Origin: Candidatus Heimdallarchaeota archaeon
GTDB lineage: Archaea > Asgardarchaeota > Heimdallarchaeia > Heimdallarchaeales > Heimdallarchaeaceae
Length of the DNA: 64,000 nucleotides
Direction: 5' to 3'
Assembly: GCA_030603365.1 (NCBI GenBank)
Contig: JAUVXV010000009.1
Location: forward strand, 64,001 to 128,000
Both the position numbers and the translations under genes were made by a program. Of this stretch, positions 1 through 10,554 are shown in pieces. The notes beneath the pieces were generated by a model. That model saw only the letters and a program-made list of their open reading frames with translations, searched no databases and was not told the origin of the DNA. Within the stretch, counting starts at the first letter, position 1. Each line of letters opens with the position of its first letter.

Positions 1-28
1 CAACTGTTTTACAAAAAAGAAAGATGGG

Positions 29-1534
29 TTAGTCTAGCCCATATAAGTAAGAATATTTCTCTTGCAAAAACTCAATCAGATATTTTGGACTGGGATACTC
101 GCCTGTAACTATCTTAACTAATTCTGGAGGATCATAAAGGTTACCTCTCTTTTGAACATTCTCCGATATCCAATCTGTAAGAACATTAACTTCACCTTTT
201 TCTAACCTTGTATCCCAATCTGGGATGTCTTGTATTAATTTTGCAAAGAATTGAGCACCATAAACATTTCCTAATGTGTATGTTGGGAAGTAACCAAATG
301 AACCTCCACTCCAATGTATATCCTGTAGAACTCCATCACTAACGTTTTCCACATCTACACCTAGCATATCTTTCATTTTTGTGACCCATATTTCAGGAAG
401 ATTATCCAAGTTAACTTTACCATCGAACATATCTCTTTCAAGTTCAAAACGAAGGATAATATGAAGATTATATGTAACTTCATCTGCTTCAACTCTAATT
501 AGAGATGGCTCGACTTTGTTGATTGCGCGAATAAAGTCATCGTATTGAATATCTGCAAAAATGTCCCCTGTTAATTTCTTGAATCTATCAAGATAGAACC
601 ACCAGAAAGATTTACTCCTACCAAGAATATTTTCATAAAACCTTGATTGAGATTCATGTATTCCCATCGAGCAATAGTTACCAACTGGTTGATAATGTAA
701 TTCTTTATCCAAATTCTGATCATAACAACCATGACCACCCTCGTGCATTACTGCAAAAAGAGAACTTGTGAAATCATTGATGTTATACCTTGTTGTGATC
801 CTGACATCATCATAGTCACCTGTAGTAAAAGGATGGGCTGCAACATCCAATCTTCCTCTTTCTAGGTCATAACTTAAAAGCTTCATAACATCGTTAGCCA
901 ACTCTTTTTGGATTTCTAATGGCACTTCTCTAGTCATCAGTGAGTAATCTGGTTTGATTTCTGAACCCTGACACTTTTGTATTAGTTCAACAGTCGCTTC
1001 TTTGAGAGGATTGAATATCTCATTATATTTCTCACGATTCATTCCAGGTTCATATAAATCAAGAAGAACATCATATGATGGTAAATCAGGATTCAAATAA
1101 TTTGCATATTTTTGAGTCATTTCAAACATAATTTTCAAATGAGGTTTAAATGTTTCAAAATCATTGTTTGATCTTGCTTCTTTCCACTTTTCTGTAGATA
1201 TAACCGATGCTCTGGTGTATTCTGCTACGAAATCAGATGGTAGTTTGGTTTGCCGATCATACTCTCTTTGAATGAGGTAGATGTTTCTTTTTTCTATGTC
1301 TGAAAGCTTATCATAATCAGGATGTTCTTGAATCTCCTTGAGAAGTTTACCAATTTCTGAATCTGTTAGTTTTCCATGAGCAAGTTTTGCGATAAATGCT
1401 TGCTGTTCACTTCTTTGGATAACTCCTCCTTTGGGCATCATAACTTCAGTATCCCAACCTAGGAGCATTGCAATCTGTCCAATAACTTGTATTTCCTTAG
1501 TTTTTTCTAAGAGAATATCATATCTCTCTTTCAT
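29..1534 (-). CDS. Carboxypeptidase, M32 (Taq/PfuCP) family
   Basis: HPF motif, DVRITTRY, HEGGH (HExxH), HESQ, IRVEADEVTYNLH, GVLQDIHW, GYFPTY; ATG at 1534 preferred over TTG 1546. Confidence 0.96.
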   Translation of the reverse strand: MKERYDILLEKTKEIQVIGQIAMLLGWDTEVMMPKGGVIQRSEQQAFIAKLAHGKLTDSEIGKLLKEIQEHPDYDKLSDIEKRNIYLIQREYDRQTKLPSDFVAEYTRASVISTEKWKEARSNNDFETFKPHLKIMFEMTQKYANYLNPDLPSYDVLLDLYEPGMNREKYNEIFNPLKEATVELIQKCQGSEIKPDYSLMTREVPLEIQKELANDVMKLLSYDLERGRLDVAAHPFTTGDYDDVRITTRYNINDFTSSLFAVMHEGGHGCYDQNLDKELHYQPVGNYCSMGIHESQSRFYENILGRSKSFWWFYLDRFKKLTGDIFADIQYDDFIRAINKVEPSLIRVEADEVTYNLHIILRFELERDMFDGKVNLDNLPEIWVTKMKDMLGVDVENVSDGVLQDIHWSGGSFGYFPTYTLGNVYGAQFFAKLIQDIPDWDTRLEKGEVNVLTDWISENVQKRGNLYDPPELVKIVTGEYPSPKYLIEFLQEKYSYLYGLD

Positions 1535-1658
1535 GATTATCAACAATAGTGTTTGTAATTCATCTCGAAAAAAGACTGATAAATATTTGGTAATAACATA
1601 AGTCGAATGGCATATTATTTTCTAAAACTATAAAAGTGCAGTTGTACATTAAACTATT

Positions 1659-3980
1659 ATGCAGATTTCTGGTAAGTTAAAAGGAACTTTAGTTCTATTT
1701 ATAATCATAGCAGCTTCACCTTTTCTGTTTGTACAAGGTCAAACTGTGAATGAACAAAGTATCTCACTCAATGCAGGTCCAAAAGATTGGACTGTTCTTA
1801 TTTATTTGTGTGGAGATAATAATCTAGAATACTTCGCATTCGAAGACCTTAATGAAATGGAAGCAGCTGGAGGAACAACTGCAGATGTAAACATCGTTGT
1901 TATGTTTGACAGATGCGAGTATGAGTACGAAACACCTGAATACCCCAATGACTGGTCTGAAACAAGATACTATACAATAGTAGGTGATAGCAATACCTAT
2001 TCTTTCACTTCTCCAATGAACGTTTCTTTGGGAGAAGTAAATATGGGTGACCCCCAAAGTTTAGATGATTTTATCGATTGGGGGTTAACAAACTATCCGT
2101 CTGACAAAACAGCTTTGATTCTTTGGGATCACGGTAATGGGTTAGATGGAGTATGTTGGGATGAAGATAATGGTGATGATAATTTACTCATTGATGAAAT
2201 CTCTACAGCTTTGGATGGTTATTATTTTGATTTCTTAGGTTTTGATGCATGTCATATGGGGCAATTTGAAGTAATGTATGAACTTCAGGAATATTGTGAG
2301 ATTTACACAGCGAGTATGTTAAATGAACCTGGTGCAGGTTGGGACTATTATAATACTCTCTCATCACTTATTGCTAATCCAAGTATGGATGCAAGTGAAC
2401 TAGCACAAAATGTATGTGAAGATTATGTCCAATATTATTCAGGATATGACGTTGATGTTACGCTAAGTGCTTATAATACATCCGCGTTTACAGATGTAGA
2501 TAATCTTGTAGATGATTTTGTTCTTTCGATGGATGCATATCTAGATGTAGATGTTGCAGATGTTTTTGAAGCAAGAATTAGTGCTTATAGCGACCTATTT
2601 CCAGATACAATGTGTGATATCGAGGAGTTTTTTGATAATATACAAACCATTCCAGACCCTAGCTTAAATGCAGCTGCGAGTGCATTGAGCACTAGATTAG
2701 ATGAACTTCTTGTAGTGTCAGAATCTAGTTTTACTTTAAATCCTTATGGTATGTGGATATTCATTCCTGCAGTTCCGTATCATTACTTCAATGACTTTTA
2801 TATATATGCGAATCAAAGCATTGTCAACAGTTATTATAACAACTATTATGACTTAGATTTTGTTATCAATACAGATTGGGATAATTTCTTATATAAATGG
2901 AAAGAAGAATTGGAAATATTCCTGCCAGAGGTATCAACTAGTACCCCAGTAACTGATACTTTACCTGTTGGAACTTATACTTATCTACATGCGAATCTAC
3001 CAGACCCAGGTGCAGGTAATGCGTATCTAGCAACCCTTACAATGGATTTCACAGCTGATTATGATCTCTATGCTTGGTCAGAAGAATATCATTTTGGACT
3101 TCCTAATGGATTTGAACTTATTGGTCAGAATCCAATTGACACACCTGAGTCTCTCCTCATGGTAATCAATGGTCCTGTGCATGTGTTTTTCCTAATTCAT
3201 GCGTTCGATGGGTTTGGTGATTATACACTACAATTAGAGTTAGTTGAATATAGTGATGATGCTTTTGAAGAGAATGATGATTTCTTGAGTGCAGCTCCTA
3301 TAGAAACAAATACGGTATATGACTTGGTTTCAAATGATGTGGATTTCTTCTCTGTTGAGCTTACTGCTTTTATCGAGGTGGAAATCTTTCTAAACTTCAA
3401 TTACGATGTTGTTGATTTAGATTTATACTTGTTTGCTGATGAGGATACTATGCTTGATTGGAGCGAAGAATATACTAACAATGAATACATAAATTATATT
3501 CCAAGCTATACAGGTACATACTATATTCAAGTGAATTACTATACAGGTGCAATAGGTGAAGATTACACTTTAGAAATTGCAGAATCTGAAGGTCCGGTTG
3601 TTACGTCTCTATCTCACACCCCCTATACACCAGAATCAGGAGAAACTATTACGGTTACCTGTAATATCTATTCCATTTATGATCTGGTTGAAGTAACTCT
3701 AACTTTGAGCTATGATAGTGGTGCATGGGTATACTTTACCATGACTATATCGGGTTCCTCTTACTCTGTTTCTTTCACCCCACCTGATGGTACAGAGATT
3801 GTTCAATATTATGTCTATGTAGAAGATAATCAAGGTAACTTCGATGAAAGTCAGGTGAAAAATATTGGTGTTGAGTCAGGTTCTACAGCATTTGTGACTT
3901 TTCCATGGTTCTTAATGCCTCTGTTACTACTTGGATTGACCATTGCCAATCGTTTACTTATTTCAAAGAAAAGAAAATAA
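1659..3980 (+). CDS. Surface-anchored clostripain-family (C11) cysteine peptidase with PPC-like domains
   Basis: Signal peptide; WTVLIYLCGDNNLE, LILWDHGNG (His), GFDACHM (Cys); two D(Y/L)DLY PPC-like repeats; C-terminal TM + KKRK. Confidence 0.9.
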   Translation: MQISGKLKGTLVLFIIIAASPFLFVQGQTVNEQSISLNAGPKDWTVLIYLCGDNNLEYFAFEDLNEMEAAGGTTADVNIVVMFDRCEYEYETPEYPNDWSETRYYTIVGDSNTYSFTSPMNVSLGEVNMGDPQSLDDFIDWGLTNYPSDKTALILWDHGNGLDGVCWDEDNGDDNLLIDEISTALDGYYFDFLGFDACHMGQFEVMYELQEYCEIYTASMLNEPGAGWDYYNTLSSLIANPSMDASELAQNVCEDYVQYYSGYDVDVTLSAYNTSAFTDVDNLVDDFVLSMDAYLDVDVADVFEARISAYSDLFPDTMCDIEEFFDNIQTIPDPSLNAAASALSTRLDELLVVSESSFTLNPYGMWIFIPAVPYHYFNDFYIYANQSIVNSYYNNYYDLDFVINTDWDNFLYKWKEELEIFLPEVSTSTPVTDTLPVGTYTYLHANLPDPGAGNAYLATLTMDFTADYDLYAWSEEYHFGLPNGFELIGQNPIDTPESLLMVINGPVHVFFLIHAFDGFGDYTLQLELVEYSDDAFEENDDFLSAAPIETNTVYDLVSNDVDFFSVELTAFIEVEIFLNFNYDVVDLDLYLFADEDTMLDWSEEYTNNEYINYIPSYTGTYYIQVNYYTGAIGEDYTLEIAESEGPVVTSLSHTPYTPESGETITVTCNIYSIYDLVEVTLTLSYDSGAWVYFTMTISGSSYSVSFTPPDGTEIVQYYVYVEDNQGNFDESQVKNIGVESGSTAFVTFPWFLMPLLLLGLTIANRLLISKKRK

Positions 3981-4001
3981 TCCTTTCTTTTTTTCTTTTT
4001 T
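3981..4001 (+). terminator. Oligo-T archaeal terminator-like tract
   Basis: T-rich run directly after the C11 peptidase stop codon. Confidence 0.5.
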
Positions 4002-4053
4002 CGCAGTTAAACAAAAATATATACTAGTGAAAAAGATTAGTTTTTAGATTGCA

Positions 4054-4950
4054 ATGCTCAAAATTCTAGGTATTGATGAAAATAAGTGCATTAAGTGTGA
4101 AAAATGTATTCCTTCTTGTAGTGTTAAACTATTCAATGTTATTAGAGAAACCAATATGGAGAAAAGAATCGAATTTAACGATCCTCTAAGATTCTGTTTC
4201 CGATGTGGTCATTGTATTGCTGTTTGTCCCACTGAAGCAATTCTCTATGAAGGAGCTGATCTACCTTATAATTTTAAAGAAGCAAAAAAACCTTCAGAAA
4301 TCATTTCTTATGAAAATCTTATGAAACTTATGAGGAGCCGAAGGTCTATAAGAATCTATAAAGAAGAATCATTATCTGAAGACTTGATAGATCAAATACT
4401 AGAATCTATGAGATACTCATTAAGTGCAAGCAATCGTCAAAACAGAAGATATTTAGTAATAACAAATAGAAACGACATTCGTTATCTCTCAGATCAAGTT
4501 TCAAAATTGATGGTTAAAGCGAAAAGACTTCTGGTATTCAAATATCTAGCAGTTCCTTTTACCAGCGGATTAGTCAGACGAAGATTACTAAATCCTAAAA
4601 CCAAAATCAGTATAAATAGATTTTTAGAAGCAAGAAAAAGAGGAGAAGATCGAATCTTCTTCAATGCACCTTGTGTTATTATCCTGCATGCACCACCATA
4701 TTCAAAGATGACAGCATCTGATTCCGCTATAGCTATTTCACATGGTATGCTAGCAGCGCAATCACTTGGTTTGGGAACCTGTTGGATAGGTTTTGCACAA
4801 GAATACCTTTGGAGAAGTAAAAAGACAAGAAAGGAATTGGGGATTCCAAAAAAGAACAATGTTTATGGTGTCTTTATTATAGGTCATCCTGATATAGAAT
4901 ATTTAAGAGCTCCACCAAGACGTGAAGCAAAAGTTGAATGGAAAAAATAG
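4054..4950 (+). CDS. Nitroreductase family protein with N-terminal 2x[4Fe-4S] ferredoxin domain
   Basis: CIKCEKCIPSC and CFRCGHCIAVCP; RRSIR; SASNRQ; GLGTCWIG. Confidence 0.92.
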   Translation: MLKILGIDENKCIKCEKCIPSCSVKLFNVIRETNMEKRIEFNDPLRFCFRCGHCIAVCPTEAILYEGADLPYNFKEAKKPSEIISYENLMKLMRSRRSIRIYKEESLSEDLIDQILESMRYSLSASNRQNRRYLVITNRNDIRYLSDQVSKLMVKAKRLLVFKYLAVPFTSGLVRRRLLNPKTKISINRFLEARKRGEDRIFFNAPCVIILHAPPYSKMTASDSAIAISHGMLAAQSLGLGTCWIGFAQEYLWRSKKTRKELGIPKKNNVYGVFIIGHPDIEYLRAPPRREAKVEWKK

Positions 4951-4966
4951 TCTTAAAAAACCTACT

Positions 4967-5428
4967 TTACTCCTTTTTCACCTTTGTTTCTCCAGTTTTC
5001 AGGTTAAATGTATATATGTCTCTAAACTGTGGGATTTGAACACTTAGTTTTTCTAAATCAATTTTGTAAAGGAAGAATCTTGGATCTTCTGTAGATTCCC
5101 AAAATCCATCGAACCAAGGAATTGCACCAGCTACATCCATTTTAATAACTGAATCATCTATCAATAAAGCTTTTCCAGTTCCCCTAATAGTACTCATTTT
5201 TTCTTCATCATGAGGATTAATGGCAAATTCAACATTAACATTATTCTCTATTTGTCTGATTTTATCTCTCCCTGCAACACTCACAAACCAGCAAGCATCT
5301 TTATGATAAATCAATGCCATTGGTCTTACTCTAGGATATTTGCCATCAATTGTTGCTAGATACATTAAGGGTTGCTTCTTCAGGTAATCAATAACGTCTT
5401 CCAGCTTCATATTGATTATTTCATTCAA
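4967..5428 (-). CDS. Pyridoxamine 5'-phosphate oxidase-like FMN-binding protein
   Basis: LATIDGKYPRVRPM, KIRQIENNVNVE, IRGTG split-barrel pattern. Confidence 0.85.
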   Translation of the reverse strand: MNEIINMKLEDVIDYLKKQPLMYLATIDGKYPRVRPMALIYHKDACWFVSVAGRDKIRQIENNVNVEFAINPHDEEKMSTIRGTGKALLIDDSVIKMDVAGAIPWFDGFWESTEDPRFFLYKIDLEKLSVQIPQFRDIYTFNLKTGETKVKKE

Positions 5429-5490
5429 GCAGATATATCTTTTTTCGTTAGAGGAAAGTGTTTTTTAAATTGAAAACTAAGAATATAATC

Positions 5491-5889
5491 ATGTCTGACG
5501 ATAGAGAATATCCAATATCGATTAAAAATATCTATTTTCAAGTCAAAGTAACAGATTTAGAGAGAGCAAAGAAATTCTATGAAGATATATTTAATTTTGA
5601 GGTATCTTGGTATATGGGACCTGAAGCTGGTTGGTGCGAATTCTTCCTTCCAAATAAGGTGGCAAGACTAGGATTGAACCTAGTTGAAGAGGATCATGAA
5701 TATCTCCCAAACTCAGGTGTTCTAACATTCGATGTACCTGATCTTGAAACAACAAAAAAATATCTTGAGGATAAAGGTATAGAAACAACTGATATTGTTG
5801 ACCTACCTAAGATGGTTTCATACTTCAACTTCAAAGATTCCGAAGGTAACTCAATTCAAATTATTAGTGAACCCAGGATAAATGATTAA
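5491..5889 (+). CDS. VOC/glyoxalase family protein
   Basis: VTDLERAKKFYEDIF ... FKDSEGNSIQI; ATG 5491 preferred. Confidence 0.88.
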   Translation: MSDDREYPISIKNIYFQVKVTDLERAKKFYEDIFNFEVSWYMGPEAGWCEFFLPNKVARLGLNLVEEDHEYLPNSGVLTFDVPDLETTKKYLEDKGIETTDIVDLPKMVSYFNFKDSEGNSIQIISEPRIND

Positions 5890-6109
5890 TCTTCTCTCTA
5901 AAATTTTTTCTTTAGCTAGAAAAAATATCTAGATAATTCTCCGTTTTTCTATATTTCTAGTTTTTAAGCTGTCAGAACGTTCTAGACGCCGGTAGTATCC
6001 CGACAAAAAGCGAATTGTCTTCGTATTACTTTCGTAAGATTTTCATCTAGATAAAGAACCCAAATGGATAAAGTTTATTATTGACATTTCTTATTTTTGA
6101 TTGGTAATA

Positions 6110-6970
6110 ATGACGTTTTCAATAGTTGCATATGATTCTGAAAAGAAAGAATGGGGGGTTGCTGTTCAATCAAAGTTTATAGCTGTAGGAAGTATAGTTC
6201 CTTGGGGAAAAGCAAACGCTGGAGTTGTTGCAACACAAGCTTGGGCTAACACTAGTTATGGTCCAAAAGGTTTGGCACTTCTTGAACAGGGACTAACAGC
6301 AGAAGAGGTTTTGAATATTCTTACTAAACAAGATGAAAAAAGAGAGCATCGTCAAATAGGTATTGTAGATTCATATGGAAACGCAGTATCTTTCACTGGT
6401 TCAAAATGTTTCGATTGGGCAGGACATATAGTAGGTGAGAACTATGCATGTCAAGGAAACATACTTGTTTCAGAGGATACTGTTTTAGCTATGTCTCAAG
6501 CTTTCAGAGAAACTGAAGGGGATCTTGTGGACAAACTTCTAGCAGCTTTAGAAGCCGGACAAGAAGCAGGTGGAGATAGCAGAGGGAAACAATCAGCAGC
6601 TGTTATGGTATTCAAAGAGAAAGGAGCATATGATGGGAGAATGGATAAATTAGTTGATATTAGAGTTGATGATCATGAACATCCAATCAAAGAACTTCGA
6701 AGAGTGTTTGAATTATTTGATCTTTCTCTCCTCAAAAGAGATAATCCTAAGGATAAAGTGAAACTTGCTGGTGATGTATTGAAAACTGTAATAGAAGTTC
6801 TCAAGAAAGATGGTTTCTATGAAGGAGAGATAGATACCAAACTAGATGAAGAGACTAAGAAAGCTTTGAAAGATTGGATGCATACAAATAACTTCGAAGT
6901 GAAAGAGAGGGAAGATAACTACATGTGGGGAGCTGTTTATAGATATATAGAAAAAAGAGAAGAAGAATAG
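6110..6970 (+). CDS. DUF1028 Ntn-hydrolase family protein with C-terminal PG-binding-like domain
   Basis: MTFSIVA start (Thr2), GVAVQSKF, VATQA, QGNIL, AGGDSRGKQSAA, DIRVDDH. Confidence 0.9.
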   Translation: MTFSIVAYDSEKKEWGVAVQSKFIAVGSIVPWGKANAGVVATQAWANTSYGPKGLALLEQGLTAEEVLNILTKQDEKREHRQIGIVDSYGNAVSFTGSKCFDWAGHIVGENYACQGNILVSEDTVLAMSQAFRETEGDLVDKLLAALEAGQEAGGDSRGKQSAAVMVFKEKGAYDGRMDKLVDIRVDDHEHPIKELRRVFELFDLSLLKRDNPKDKVKLAGDVLKTVIEVLKKDGFYEGEIDTKLDEETKKALKDWMHTNNFEVKEREDNYMWGAVYRYIEKREEE

Positions 6971-6982
6971 TGGTAGAAAGAA

Positions 6983-8635
6983 TTAGTTATTTTTCTTTCT
7001 TCTATATTGTATTATTGTAAGTGTCGCAATTAAGAATGCACCTAATATTCCTAAAACTGGGTAGGGTGTATCATCGGTATTTGCTGGTGTTGTTGGTTCT
7101 GTTTGTTCTACATAAGGTTCATAGTCATCATTGGATTCTAAGTCTATTCCTAAAAGAAACTCAATCGTGTTATATACAAGATAAACATTGTCTCTATTTA
7201 TATTACCATAGTCAAAGTTTGACCAAATAGTTGCTCCGAAAACTGCTAAGGAAGATGAACCATTTACTTCTACTCCTGCAAGAGGGATGATATCTCCTCC
7301 AATATCATCATTGACCATGTCATAGATTACATCTGGTGGTGGAGATGCTTCATCTGTTTGATAGAAGTATTCTTCTCCATACATAGTCCAATGAACATTA
7401 TCTGACCCAGTTTCAGAGTACAGAGAGCTTGGTGAAAAATATTGGATTCGTCTTGTTAGGTTTTCAGTAATATATGCTATTTCTGGATCAAAGTTGTAGT
7501 TTCCAGTATAACAATACCAGTTTTTGTAATATTCTGGATCCGCTGATGTAGTATAAATATTATCGTCATTTACCCTGATATCTGAACCAATTGCAGTCAA
7601 TAGGGTGTTCATAGCATCAAAATTTACATCCCATGTAAAATCTCCTCTACTGCTTAAAATAAGATGTCCTCCTGCTTGATACCAATTTGAAATAACTGTT
7701 AATTCTTCTGTAGTGAAACTAGTGGTTGTTACAGGAGCACAGATAACTACTAAATCAACACCTGCAAGAATGGTTGTATTAAACTCAGCATCATTGTAAA
7801 TTACCTTCACTACATCGCGATCTAGGGTATCAACGAAAGATTTCACCTCATCAGTTGACGCATAATCATTCTCATGAGCTCTATCTATAAGAATTTTAGC
7901 AACATCTGGAGCTTCAGTTATTGCTGGTGGTGTTAAAGTAGACAAGGTGTAGTTCCAAACAGCATTTACGGCACCAATTGCTCTTCCTAATTGCTCTTCA
8001 GTAATAGCTTTGATAGTAGAATTAGAAATAACAACATCACTAGTATCTCCATCTGGGTAAGCATCTCTTATTGTCCAATAGTAATTATAAGCATACGTAG
8101 CACAATCAATGATGAACTCTGTAGTATTAGAAATAACTCCAAAATCATAGGGAGTGATATTTAAACTATCTAGATTATAGTTTATGTCTGTTTCATACGC
8201 AGAGTGTCCAGGCCAAGAATCATATGTGTGAACTGGAATGTTGATATCTGCAGTATAATGAGAAATTATTCCTAAGAAAAAGAAAACATTATCCCATTCT
8301 TCATTGAGTGCCAAATCTCTAATTTCACCAACCATTTCTGTTACTTTCCAAGGAGCATTATGTTCTCCACTTACTGGATAGTAAAGATGATTGTCCCAAT
8401 CCTGAAGGACTTGATCCGGATAAGTACTCCCACCAATAATTTCTGGGGAGAAATAATCAAACACTGTTTCCCAACTTACATCTACGATATTTATAGCTTC
8501 ATAACCAATGCGTTGATGTGTTATAATTCCCCAACCTTGAACAAATTCGTCATTTTGGATGTTTAAGAGAACAGGACTAACAATTAATATCAATGTGATA
8601 AGTACTGAAAACTTTCTTCTATTCATATATTTCAA
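6983..8635 (-). CDS. Surface-anchored zinc-dependent phospholipase C / S1-P1 nuclease-like protein with DUF4350-like domain
   Basis: Signal then WGIITH, YPD, HYTADINIPVH, HSAYE; second domain ILIDRAHEN...GGHLIL; PT linker, TM, RRKK tail. Confidence 0.78.
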   Translation of the reverse strand: MKYMNRRKFSVLITLILIVSPVLLNIQNDEFVQGWGIITHQRIGYEAINIVDVSWETVFDYFSPEIIGGSTYPDQVLQDWDNHLYYPVSGEHNAPWKVTEMVGEIRDLALNEEWDNVFFFLGIISHYTADINIPVHTYDSWPGHSAYETDINYNLDSLNITPYDFGVISNTTEFIIDCATYAYNYYWTIRDAYPDGDTSDVVISNSTIKAITEEQLGRAIGAVNAVWNYTLSTLTPPAITEAPDVAKILIDRAHENDYASTDEVKSFVDTLDRDVVKVIYNDAEFNTTILAGVDLVVICAPVTTTSFTTEELTVISNWYQAGGHLILSSRGDFTWDVNFDAMNTLLTAIGSDIRVNDDNIYTTSADPEYYKNWYCYTGNYNFDPEIAYITENLTRRIQYFSPSSLYSETGSDNVHWTMYGEEYFYQTDEASPPPDVIYDMVNDDIGGDIIPLAGVEVNGSSSLAVFGATIWSNFDYGNINRDNVYLVYNTIEFLLGIDLESNDDYEPYVEQTEPTTPANTDDTPYPVLGILGAFLIATLTIIQYRRKKNN

Positions 8636-8726
8636 TATTCAAGTTTTAGACTTGTTTTTAATCTTAGCTAAATGAGCAATAAACATTGAAACTAATTCTT
8701 ATATTAGATAAGTTTCTCGAAACCAT

Positions 8727-9170
8727 ATGAGACTTCCAATTCAAGTGTTAGTTTATCCTGTCAAACCAAAAGATGAGTCATGGGAGTATCTTCTGTTGAA
8801 AAGAACTGAAGATAGAGGTGGTTTTTGGCAAGGAGTAACTGGACATACGGAAGGTAGGGAAAGTATTGAACAAGCAGCATCTAGAGAATTACTCGAAGAA
8901 ACAGGTTTCATACCAAGTTTTTTGATGAAGACTGATTTCTCATATACTATTCCTCTTAAAGACTTAGATAAGGAGAACTACCCAGAAGGTACAGAAGAAT
9001 TGGATGAGTATGTTTTTGTAGCTCGTATCAATCAAGATGATCTCCCAAGTATTGATTCATTGGAGCACACTGAATGGAAATGGTGTTCATATGATGAAGC
9101 AATAAGTTTACTATATTGGGATACTAATAAACAAGCTTTGGAATACATAAAAAAATTCTTAGAAGAATAA
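8727..9170 (+). CDS. NUDIX hydrolase (NudB-like)
   Basis: FWQGVTG, Nudix box GHTEGRESIEQAASRELLEETG, EHTEWKW. Confidence 0.9.
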   Translation: MRLPIQVLVYPVKPKDESWEYLLLKRTEDRGGFWQGVTGHTEGRESIEQAASRELLEETGFIPSFLMKTDFSYTIPLKDLDKENYPEGTEELDEYVFVARINQDDLPSIDSLEHTEWKWCSYDEAISLLYWDTNKQALEYIKKFLEE

Positions 9171-9178
9171 ATCGAATA

Positions 9179-9652
9179 TTATTCTTCTTTTTGCTTAAAT
9201 GATCCAATTATTTGTGTTGCTCTATATCCTGTAAAGAGCATTGCTAGAAACATTACAGCAATAGCAAAACTCACTGCTACTGTTTCGGAAATTAGAAAAA
9301 AGAAAAGTATAGTGATGACTAAACTCATAGCTACGAAGCCTGAAGCTATTCCAAGGGAGGGGATTAGCCAACCTCTGAAGACATAAATCTCTGTTAATAT
9401 ACCTATCTTCAAACTGCGGAGTTTTTCATATTCTTCTTCAAGGAAATATTTATTGTTTTTTGCCCGTCCTAAGAGTCCCAGCTGTTCCAATCGTTGAAGA
9501 TGGTACTGGGCATGACTTGCTGTTTTCAAACCTAAGTTTCTATGTGTTTCTCTAACACCAATATCTTTCCCTTTCTTAAGAGCATAAACAAATACTCTCA
9601 ACGCAGTTCCAGTCAAAGCGGAGATTATATCTTCAGTTTGTTCAGTCATCAC
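9179..9652 (-). CDS. Membrane-anchored winged-helix transcriptional regulator
   Basis: GVRETHRNLGLKTASHAQYHLQRLEQLGLL HTH followed by two hydrophobic helices. Confidence 0.75.
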   Translation of the reverse strand: MMTEQTEDIISALTGTALRVFVYALKKGKDIGVRETHRNLGLKTASHAQYHLQRLEQLGLLGRAKNNKYFLEEEYEKLRSLKIGILTEIYVFRGWLIPSLGIASGFVAMSLVITILFFFLISETVAVSFAIAVMFLAMLFTGYRATQIIGSFKQKEE

Positions 9653-9661
9653 TTAAACCTT

Positions 9662-10360
9662 CTATGTGTAGGGGTCAAAAAGTGCAGCCATAGCTTGTAC
9701 GTAGTCATCAAATGCGCTTTCAGGAGATAATACAGCAGCACCAATCATATTCATATTTGCATCGAAATTTCCAGTCCAAGTTGTTGATTGAAATAGTATC
9801 AAAGATTCCATATTGACAAATAGAAAGATAGCTGTACCATTATCTAAGTACAATTCTGTAACCCATTTCATATTTGGCGATTCTCCTCCTGCTTCATATG
9901 GAGGTAATCCCCATGTTCCTAGGTATTCAGTATTATTTATTGAATCAAACAAAGCTTGTGCAACTCCACCAACTTCTTCTTTAGAGATACTAAAGTTGAT
10001 TTCTTCATAAGGGTCGATTAAGGTTGCTGTTGTATTCCAGTAATAATCTTCTGCTGTTCCAATGCGTTCAAATGAAGACCAAATCATTCGGTCATCGATG
10101 AATCCTGAAGCATTACCTCCTATTTCCATATACAGTACATTAGGTATTGCACCAAGAAGAGATGATGCTAATCTACTTGAATATGGTTCTGAAGGGTCTC
10201 CATTGGGTGGTGTGGTTCCATTAGGGAGAGTAAAATAAACACTAACTCCTACAACAGATCCTACCACTATTGCGGCTCCAAGACCAATTGCAAACCACTT
10301 TAAGAAACTGCCTCTAAGTCCTTTAGAGATTGTTTTTCCTAATAGTTTTTCTTCACTCAT
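9662..10360 (-). CDS. Membrane-anchored exported hypothetical protein
   Basis: N-terminal TM, PT-rich linker, GGTGA RBS; 9 bp from downstream regulator. Confidence 0.7.
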   Translation of the reverse strand: MSEEKLLGKTISKGLRGSFLKWFAIGLGAAIVVGSVVGVSVYFTLPNGTTPPNGDPSEPYSSRLASSLLGAIPNVLYMEIGGNASGFIDDRMIWSSFERIGTAEDYYWNTTATLIDPYEEINFSISKEEVGGVAQALFDSINNTEYLGTWGLPPYEAGGESPNMKWVTELYLDNGTAIFLFVNMESLILFQSTTWTGNFDANMNMIGAAVLSPESAFDDYVQAMAALFDPYT

Positions 10361-10554
10361 TTTTTTTCACCGAAGTTTTTTAACTTCAGAAGATACTTGC
10401 ACAAAGACACTTTTAATAAAATGTTTTGTACGCCTATTAAAAAATGTTGTACAAACCCTTGAACAGTTCCACTTTTTTTCTTCTATTCCCGAGTAATAGT
10501 CAGATAAAAACTGTTTTAATTGGTTTTTCCTTTTTTCTATCGAACGTGATTTAA

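Noticed and set aside
5890-6100. Intergenic stretch with several short palindromes (AGAACGTTCT, TCTAGA, GACAA...TTGTC)
   Set aside because: No tRNA, C/D box or long stable hairpin recognisable; short palindromes expected in AT-rich DNA
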